A DNA stretch of 32,000 bases from Pyrodictium occultum (GCF_001462395.1 NZ_LNTB01000001.1:450001-482000), one strand, 5' to 3'. Numbered from the stretch's first letter, positions 1 through 6,397 are shown. The notes: generated by a model not told the origin, from the sequence alone. Translations and numbers: made by a program.

Positions 1-169
1 TAGGCTGAGAGCAGGCCTGCAGAGACGGAGAAAACCAGCATAGAACCCGCCTCAACGCGCCGACGTATGTCGAGCAGTACATCCCGGTGTACTATGGCTA
101 CTACAGCGCCCAGCACGCCCATGAGCCCCCGAGGGGCTCTAGAGCACCGAACCCTTCTCCCTTCTTAGC

Positions 170-430
170 CTAGCCGCCCCCAACCACCGGTTCTTCGACA
201 CTCTCTCCGACACCCGCCTTCCCGCGCTTTAACCCGTGCTTGGAGCCTAGACGCTTCTCTACCACGTTCATCTGGTGCTCTCCCTGCAGCATCCTGCCTA
301 CTAGGTATTGCGGAAGCTCGTGGCGTACGAAGGCGTCTATTATCTTTGATTCAGCTCTCCGGAGGAGCTCAGCCAGCGTTGACACCGAGAGCCCAAGGCT
401 CTCCGCGAGCTGCTTGAGGCTTATCCTACG
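170..430 (-). pseudogene. HTH_10 (Bat/DmsR-type) transcription regulator, C-terminal fragment carrying the helix-turn-helix
   Basis: The minus-strand frame reads RRISLKQLAESLGLSVSTLAELLRRAESKIIDAF..., a near-consensus second half of the HTH_10 motif. The track ORF 170..385 only begins at an internal GTG. This frame is 1 nt out of register with the upstream fragment 421..801. Confidence 0.6.
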
Positions 431-801
431 GGGAAGCTATAGTAGCCCATGAAGTAGGCGTATATTATCGCGAGCTCCTGCTTCTCCGTAAGCATATAGG
501 CGTACTCGTCTATGCTATGACTGTGGATTATCTTGCAGCCCCATCTACGTAGCTCCTCGAGAGCGCTGCTGCGGGCTATTATGAACTCATACAGGATGCC
601 TAGAGGCATGAGAACCACCGTCTTAGACATGGCCCCTATAGGGGCCGCTATTAGCGGGCACGCACTGCCCTCCGGCTCTGCCGCGCGTTTACTACAGTAG
701 CTCCTCTTGGAGACGAGTATGCGGAGAATCCTGTTAAACTTAAACTTATTAGAATAGATCCGTAAATCCAGTGCCTCCGTCAGAGCCTTCATCGAGTTCA
801 T
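421..801 (-). pseudogene. HTH_10 transcription regulator, N-terminal fragment
   Basis: It ends ...LTEKQELAIIYAYFMGYYSFP, then VG-stop. The pattern LTxxQxxxxxxAxxxGYYxxP(R) is the first half of the HTH_10 motif. Adding one base to the C4 run (plus-strand GGGG at 430-433) gives ...GYYSFPRRISLKQLAE... and fuses it to 170..430, for about 210 aa in total. The start is placed at ATG 801 (MNSMKAL); the track start at 894 is a longer alternative. Confidence 0.6.
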
Positions 802-862
802 GATGCCCGCCGAGCGAGGGGACGGAACTAATAGCCTTGAGCAATGGGCAGTCAATGTTACG

Positions 863-877
863 TATACAATATATAAC
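863..877 (-). promoter_or_regulatory. TATA-like box upstream of the HTH_10 gene
   Basis: The minus strand reads TTATATATTGTATACG, about 65-75 nt upstream of ATG 801, in an AT-rich patch of an otherwise GC-rich sequence. Confidence 0.3.
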
Positions 878-960
878 GAGCGGCTTGTTAGCATGCATCC
901 CTTAGCACCCCGGGAGCTCTAATACGGGCATTAATTCTGGGGGCGGAATACGTAAATAAA

Positions 961-1010
961 CAGAAATAAGCACAGAAATAAGCAGGGTATGAGGATGAGA
1001 GAGGATGAGA
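961..1010. repeat. Two perfect short tandem duplications (2 x 12 nt cagaaataagca at 961-984; 2 x 10 nt gaggatgaga at 991-1010)
   Basis: Read directly: cagaaataagca|cagaaataagca, then gggtat, then gaggatgaga|gaggatgaga. They lie in the ~230-nt AT-rich non-coding spacer between the protease 3' end and the HTH_10 gene. Confidence 0.9.
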
Positions 1011-1124
1011 AGGGAAACATACTACCAGCTCCACCCGCTTAGTCGCGTGTTATCGAGCATCGTAATTATAAAATATTACTGATGAGTGGCGTCGAGCTAT
1101 AGCGCTTGCCAGCGACACAGGCTA

Positions 1125-1391
1125 CTAGGACCGTCTAGCTAGGGGTAGGCGAGAAAGCACAACGCCCAGTGCTACGCCCAGAGCGCCTGATACGATCCAT
1201 CCTGGTGCACTGGCGGGGGCGTGAGAGTGCGTTAGGACAGTTGCCCCGTGCGGGTTCTGGCTCCTCTCCGGGTTCTCTACTGGCACCGGGCTACCGGTGG
1301 TAACGTAGGTGGCATAGCCGGTGGACTTGTTGCGTGTAGTTTGCGTTCGTGGAGGGCTGCTTGCCGCGTCGCGGGGGTTGAGGCAGATGTG
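1125..1391 (-). pseudogene. Metalloprotease C-terminal fragment: S/T/P-rich linker plus membrane anchor (third frame)
   Basis: A frame not in the ORF track (no start codon) is open for 88 codons. It reads ...NKSTGYATYVTTGSPVPVENPERSQNPHGATVLTHSHAPASAPGWIVSGALGVALGVVLSRLPLARRS-stop (TAG at 1125-1127). This is a linker, a hydrophobic helix and a basic tail, directly continuing the S/T/P-rich end of ORF 1277..1822 in the -1 register. Confidence 0.5.
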
Positions 1392-1822
1392 CTACTATTC
1401 TCGAAGACTTCTATATCTATGAATGGCCAGCTGTCCGCCCTGCTTGCAGCCGCTATGAGAGCCGGGCCTATGCTGGCTTTAAGCCTCTTCCTACACCCCG
1501 AGGGTGCTAGGGAGAGCATTGTTCTAATCAGGTCCAGCAGGCTTACGGGCTTACCGCCGCCCGCCAGCGAGCTGTTGAAGAGCTGGCGTAGGGCTCTCGT
1601 GTATAGGTCCGTGCCGCAGGCATGGACCCCAGCGTACCAGAGGGCGGCATTCATCCTCATCCAGGTGGCGTACGCGTCCCCGGCCTCTATGGAGCCACGC
1701 ACGTAGCTTACTGCCATGCTGTAAAGCCTGGGGTCCGCGTCGTGGAGGGCTTTCAGCGCCAGGAACTCGGTAGCCGCCTCCTCTAAGCTGAAGTCCCGCC
1801 GAGCAGCCCGCTGTTTAGCCAC
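1277..1822 (-). pseudogene. Metalloprotease middle fragment
   Basis: The frame reads (V)AKQRAARRDFSLEEAATEFLALKAL...; the SLEEAATEF segment resembles the WLxEGxAxY third-ligand segment of gluzincins. There is no plausible independent start or signal. It overlaps the HExxH fragment by 40 nt in the -1 register. Confidence 0.55.
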
Positions 1823-2610
1823 CCATGCACCGTCTCGTGGGCCGCTGTGTGCACGAGCCAGGGGAGATCCACCTGGAGTAAGCCCGTCTTAATGTAGACC
1901 ATTCCCCCAGTGCTATGGCCGCTCTTGGGGAGCTGCAGTGGCTGCCCCTCAGGGTCGACGAGCACCACTAGCACTGGGGAGCGGGGGCTAGGGCCCAGCC
2001 ACTGGGATACGAGGGAGCGGACGACGGCTACCACGTGTGCCGCATAGCTAGCTGTTTTACCGGGTAGCCTGCTAGAGTATATTATTGTCAGTCCCGTGCT
2101 GCTGTTATCCACCACGTGGTAGCTCGAGGCATCGGCCACCACTACGCTGTCGAAGACGTAGTACCTGGCCAGCATGCGCAGGGGCACACGGTAAGGGCCC
2201 CCGGGGGGCCCGTAGCCACGCCAGTCCATAGCGCTTCTAGCCAAGTAGCCTCTCGGAGCATTAACCGTCACAACCGCCGGTGCGCCGCCGCTAGCCCGGC
2301 TTATGGACTCCAGCCTGGCAGCGGCCTGGGGGCAAACCGTGTCGAGAATGTAGTAGAGCGGTGCTGCCACGAGGCTTCTGGAGATGTCGCGTGTCTCGAT
2401 GTAGTAGATGTTTGGTCTCAGCACGCCAGTGCAGCCGACATCCAGGCCGGGGCCCCGTAGCTCCACGTGCACCCTCCAGGAGGAGTCGTCTATGGGCTTG
2501 AGGAAGTCTATCCTTAGGCTGTAGCTTCCCTGGTGGGCCTGGACTGCGCTGAAAGCTAGCGCAGGCATTAGGAGCGCCAGGGCCGCGGCTGCGGCGCGGG
2601 CTTGCCTCAT
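1783..2610 (-). pseudogene. Secreted zinc metalloprotease (HExxH, M1-like signature), N-terminal fragment
   Basis: It has an N-terminal signal peptide, MRQARAAAAALALLMPALAFSAVQA. It ends ...LVHTAAHETVHGWLNSGLLGG TSA-stop. HETVHGWxN (HExxH at 1825-1839) matches the HExxHxW..N pattern of M1/M61-type peptidases. Confidence 0.65.
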
Positions 2611-2762
2611 CCTGGACTCCCTTCCCGAGGACGCCTAGGCGCGGGCTCCGTAGCCCTAGGGCTAGGGCTTGAGGCTCTCAAGGCGGGTGGAGGAGGGGTT
2701 GGAGAGGCCGGGTATGGAGAGGTAAAAAGCCTTGGCGCGGGTGACGGCTAGCGGGAGGGCTG

Positions 2763-3494
2763 CTAGCTCCTCCTGTACACGATGGCTATGCCTAGGGCTA
2801 TTACTGCCAGGGCTAGCGCTATTCCGCCTAGCGTGTAGGATGCTGTGGCTACGCTGTCAATCTTGCTGCTCAGCTTGTCTATCTTGCTGCTTATCTCCTC
2901 GGCTATGCTTAGAGCCTGGCCAGCCTTGCTGCTGGCCTCCTTGGCCTCGTTGCTAGCCTTCCCCGCCCTAGCGCTGGCCTCCTGGGTCTTGCTGCTTAGT
3001 GTCTGCAGCTGGCTGGTCACCCGCTTTATCTGCTCTACAACCTGCTCTATGTTCTTGGCCTGGGGGCTTATAGCTTCAAGCTGCTTACTCAGTTCCTCGA
3101 GCTGCTTCACTAGCTCGTTCACATTAGTCTTCAGAGTGCTTACATCACTCTTTAGCACATCCACCTCAGCGGCGGCGCCCTCAACGCTCTCTAGCCGGCT
3201 CTTTAGGGCTGGCACCTGCGCGTTGAGGGCAGCTATCTCCGCCTTTAAGGTCTCTATCTCACGCTCTATCTGCGCTATCTTCGCTGCCAGCTCGGGCGTA
3301 TACTTGCCGCCTGCAGCGGCCTTGAGGCTCTGCAGCTCGGTCTGCAGCATCTTTACCTTCAGGTTGAGGGCTATCCAGTTGGTCATCTTACCGAGGGCCT
3401 CCATCACTGTGTCGACTATGCCGAACCAGTGCGCGTAGTCGGGACCCATCATCATGGCACCGTTCCTCCAGCGGCGGCCCTGGTGGTGCCACAT
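2763..3494 (-). CDS. Coiled-coil protein with a C-terminal transmembrane anchor (SlaB/tetrabrachion-like stalk architecture)
   Basis: 243 aa. About 170 aa of heptad-like, Ala/Glu/Lys/Leu/Ser-rich sequence (LQTELQSLKAAA...IAQIEREIETLKAEIAALNAQVPALKSRLE...KIDKLSSKIDS) is followed by GGIALALAVIALGIAIVYRRS-stop. The ATG lies 8 nt after the cytochrome stop codon. There is no N-terminal signal peptide. Confidence 0.7.
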   Translation of the reverse strand: MWHHQGRRWRNGAMMMGPDYAHWFGIVDTVMEALGKMTNWIALNLKVKMLQTELQSLKAAAGGKYTPELAAKIAQIEREIETLKAEIAALNAQVPALKSRLESVEGAAAEVDVLKSDVSTLKTNVNELVKQLEELSKQLEAISPQAKNIEQVVEQIKRVTSQLQTLSSKTQEASARAGKASNEAKEASSKAGQALSIAEEISSKIDKLSSKIDSVATASYTLGGIALALAVIALGIAIVYRRS

Positions 3495-3502
3495 ATGTAG
3501 TA

Positions 3503-4378
3503 CTACATTATCTCCGGGAACTCGTCCAGCTTGTTGGTCGGATCTGCTATGCCCTCCTTCCAGGACAGCTGTAGCAGGCCGTATGCGAACTTAGCCACTA
3601 TGTCGTAGTCTATTATGTTCTGGTCGGCTGTGCGGAAGAAGTTGTCTGCCCACTGCGAGCTGTGGCAGAGCTTGCACACCTTCTTCATCTCTTCACGGTG
3701 CTTGGCCAGCTCGCCGCTATACTCTATCTTCAGCAGCCTCGGGAACTTAGTCTCGCCGGGGGCGGGGCCCTCCACTATCTTGAAGCCCATGAACACTGGG
3801 TACCGGTACTCCGGCGGGGCGTTGGGGTTCTTGTGGGCCTCTATGTCCTCGGCCTTGCCGGCGAGCTGGCTCCAGCCGTAGAAGAGCGCCAGCTGCACCT
3901 TGTCGGGTATTATGCCCTTGGGTATGCTGAAGAAGTGCATCTCGTCCCATACAAGCCTGTTTTCAAGGTCGTGCGTGCCCTTCACAACTATCCTGCCGTC
4001 AGGGGTTGCTATTGTACTTATATGGCAGGTAGCGCAGGTAGGCGCGTTGAAGTCGCTGCCCGCATGCCACGGCAGGGTCTCCCAGTTCCACTTCTCGCCG
4101 TAGGCGTGCTCTATGTTACCATGGGCGCTCTCCTCGTAGATCTCTATGTGCGGGTGGCCGTAGCCTAGGTGGCAGCGGCCACAGGTCCACGGTTCGCGAG
4201 CCTGCTTGAGGCTGAAGAGGTGCCTATCATGGCACGCGGTGCAGGTGCCTATGCTGCCGTCGGGGTCTACACGGGCTGCGCCATTGTTAGGCCAGCCCCA
4301 TAGGGCTACCCTGTTGACTGTGAGGCCGCGGAGCTGAACCGTCTCCTTCTTGTAGGGCACCACTATGGTGCCGGGCAC
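3503..4378 (-). pseudogene. Octahaem cytochrome c (HAO-superfamily-like), C-terminal fragment with haem motifs 5-8
   Basis: It contains CTACH, CGRCH, CATCH and CKLCH. The context (GTCTACHDRHxFS, WTCGRCHLG, CKLCHSS) is typical of hydroxylamine-oxidoreductase-type multihaem proteins. The apparent start is a GTG inside the preceding fragment's broken CXXCH. Confidence 0.8.
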
Positions 4379-5157
4379 TCGCCACAGGCGTGGTAGATGT
4401 AGCCGTTCCTAAAGTACGGGTGCTCCATTATGTTGCTTATAGACTTGCTCACCTTGCCATCCATTGTTGTGACAGTTATCTTTATGCCAAGCCTGCTGAG
4501 GACTGTGGTGTTCAGTACGCCGCTGGCAGGCCACAGCGGGCTTATCCAGTTCTTGAAGTCCATGTCGTAGGGGGTCACCATGCCGGTAGCCTGCTTAAGC
4601 ATCTTTACTATATCGTTCTCCCTGCCGGTTTCAAGGTACTCCATTACAGCCTTAGCTATGTCCTTGTAGAAGTCCCAGTCTACCTCGTCCTTGTCGCGCT
4701 GCTTGAGCAGGTAGGGCGGGAAGTACTTGAGGTACAGCTGCTTGGCCTTGACGTCGCCGAAGGGGTTTGCGCCCTGCTTCTTGGCCCAGGCTAGTATGCC
4801 CTTATACCAGGGTAGGAACGGTGAGTGCAGAGTGCCAGTGACGTGCCAGGTCCAGCTTATCTCGGCAGCCTCCTTGGGGTGGCACCGGCTACAGTCCTTC
4901 TTGGTCACTATTGTTACTATCCTGTAGCCGAAGTGGTTCTCTATCACGTCGGGCCTATCCTGCACCTTGAACATGCCGTGGCACTCATAGCAGCCTACAA
5001 CGTAAGGGTAGTTCTTGAACTTGGCAGCTATCTTGTCCGCCCACTCGGCGGCTCCAATGGCCTTGTAGAGGTCTGCCGCCTCCGCGGGGGTCGCCTGGGC
5101 GTGCTTGCTGTTAGCCCACTCGTAGACTATGCCGGGCGTGTACTGGACGTGACAAGC
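4363..5157 (-). pseudogene. Octahaem cytochrome c, middle fragment (haem motifs 2, 3 and the truncated motif 4)
   Basis: The frame is open from just after an in-frame TAA (5158-5160): ACHVQYTPGIVYEWANSKHA...GCYECHG MFKVQ...DCSRCHP...YHACGEC PAP-stop. The track ORF (4363..4974) starts only at the internal Met after CYECHG. Confidence 0.75.
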
Positions 5158-5336
5158 TTAGACAAGCCTTTGTCTGCGGGCTCACCTTGTCGCTCCGCAT
5201 TAGCTCCTGTACCTTCTTCACCAGCTGGTCGCCGAATACCACATTGTCGTCCTCGGCATGCGCCGCGGGCGCCAGGGCTGCCACTGCGAACAAGAGTATA
5301 GCTTAATGCGACCCCTGCTAGGAGGAGCCTCCTCAT
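5111..5336 (-). pseudogene. Octahaem cytochrome c, N-terminal fragments (signal peptide and first half of haem motif 1, in two frames)
   Basis: ATG 5336 is preceded by GGGAGGG and reads MRRLLLAGVAL.... The +1 register continues ..LLFAVAALAPAAHAEDDNVVFGDQLVKKVQELMRSDKVSPQTKACLS... Joined, they give a classical n-h-c signal peptide ending AHA. Confidence 0.6.
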
Positions 5337-5557
5337 AGCTTGGTGCCCTCCCTAACACAACCGTGGTAATAAGTTGAATATCCATAGTGTACAACTAGTT
5401 ATGTTTGGATCCCTAATCTTTCGGAGCCCACCGGGGCATGCCATAACACGCTACATCAATTATTTTAACCTATGTTGTTATTCCGGTGCTCCTCCAAGCC
5501 GCCGCTGCAGCGAATAATAGCCGTAATACCTGCCCGGAGAGCCGGCGGGGAGAATCC

Positions 5558-6343
5558 ATGGCCTTCGGGATCCAGGGCCTACGGGTTCTCGTCACCGCGT
5601 CCACACGGGGCATAGGCCATGGAGTAGCGGAGGTGCTTCTCGAAGAGGGCGCCAGGGTGGTGATCAACGGGCGTAACCGCGAGAGGATTGAGGAGGCGCT
5701 GGAGGGGCTCCGGGGCAGAGGCGAGGTCTACGGAGTGGCTGCTGATCTCACCAGGAGGGATGACGTCAAGAGGCTTGTAAACAACGCCGCCAAGCTTCTA
5801 GGAGGCCTCGACGCAGTGGTCTACGTCACGGGGCCTCCGAGGCCCGGTGTCTTCGAGGAGCTTGGGCTCGAGGACTGGGATTATGCCGCCAGGCTTCTGG
5901 TCATGAGCGCCGTCTGGGTTGCTTACTACGCGCTGCCATACCTCAGGGAGAGCAGTAGGCCGAGCCTAGTCTATGTTACCAGCGTGGCCACTAAGGAGCC
6001 TGTGGAGGGGCTTACGCTCTCAAACGCGCTCAGGATAGCCGTGCACGGGCTAGTCAAGACGCTCTCCAGGGAGCTCGGCCGGCACGGTATTAGGGTTAAC
6101 GCCGTGATGCCGGGCTACATTATGACCGATCGGGTCCGGCAGCTGGCTGAGAGGAGGGCCCGGCGGGAGGGGCGTAGCCCGGAGGAGGTGCTCCGTGACA
6201 TCGCCGCCTCCGTGCCCCTGGGGAGAATCGGGGAGCCTAGGGAGGTTGGCTACCTGGTGGCGTTTCTCCTGAGCCCCTACGCCGGCTACATAAACGGGGC
6301 CTCGATACCGGTCGATGGCGGGCTCCTCCACTCGGTCTTCTAG
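5558..6343 (+). CDS. Short-chain dehydrogenase/reductase (SDR) family protein
   Basis: MAFGIQGLRVLVTASTRGIGHGVAEVLLEEGARVVINGRN carries the TGxxxGxG-type Rossmann motif, and ...GIRVNAVMPGYIMTD is also typical. ATG 5558 is preceded by GGGGAG; the 5486 GTG extension in the track looks non-coding. Confidence 0.8.
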   Translation: MAFGIQGLRVLVTASTRGIGHGVAEVLLEEGARVVINGRNRERIEEALEGLRGRGEVYGVAADLTRRDDVKRLVNNAAKLLGGLDAVVYVTGPPRPGVFEELGLEDWDYAARLLVMSAVWVAYYALPYLRESSRPSLVYVTSVATKEPVEGLTLSNALRIAVHGLVKTLSRELGRHGIRVNAVMPGYIMTDRVRQLAERRARREGRSPEEVLRDIAASVPLGRIGEPREVGYLVAFLLSPYAGYINGASIPVDGGLLHSVF

Positions 6344-6379
6344 TAGATAGAACACTTAGAGCCCCTAATGCACCCCGCA

Positions 6380-6397
6380 CAGCCCTCCGCAGGGCTG
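6380..6397 (+). other. Perfect 7-bp hairpin (cagccct-ccgc-agggctg) abutting the start region of the next gene
   Basis: Read directly. The stems at 6380-6386 and 6391-6397 are exact reverse complements with a 4-nt loop, followed by ggggaATG (6403). Confidence 0.5.

Noticed and set aside
1-169. Possible partial gene at the left edge (minus-strand MGVLGAVVAIVHRDVLLD... running out of the window; plus-strand 55-57-aa frames)
   Set aside because: It is too short, has no motif, and is interrupted by stops on the plus strand. It cannot be supported from 170 nt.
1078-1190. Possible C/D-box sRNA (ctGATGAg at ~1079-1086 and CTGA at ~1186-1189)
   Set aside because: The boxes are about 100 nt apart, roughly twice the length of archaeal C/D sRNAs. 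I found no C'/D' boxes and no terminal stem.
1248-1706. 152-aa plus-strand ORF antisense to the protease fragments
   Set aside because: It lies in a GC-rich region that is open in several frames. The minus strand carries the peptidase-like motifs and the membrane anchor, while the plus-frame product has no recognisable features.
2845-3438. 197-aa plus-strand ORF antisense to the coiled-coil gene (also 2732..2956)
   Set aside because: Its low-complexity Ser/Leu/Ala/Cys-rich translation is the mirror image of the periodic coiled-coil codons. It has no motif, and the opposite strand has a coherent domain architecture.
3615-5301. Several plus-strand ORFs (3615..3881, 3662..4168, 3900..4103, 4390..4794, 4825..5301) and the minus ORF 3747..3950 overlapping the cytochrome
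   Set aside because: All are shadow ORFs of the haem-motif-bearing frames. None has a motif or a sensible start context.
3503-5336. Programmed ribosomal frameshifting as an explanation for the split cytochrome
   Set aside because: It would need three independent shifts in both directions. I saw no slippery heptamers or downstream structures, and two of the shifts destroy haem-ligand codons.
5486-5557. GTG-initiated 24-aa extension of the SDR gene
   Set aside because: Its Ala/Asn/Arg-rich sequence lies upstream of a GGGGAG-ATG context, and the Rossmann fold begins right after ATG 5558.
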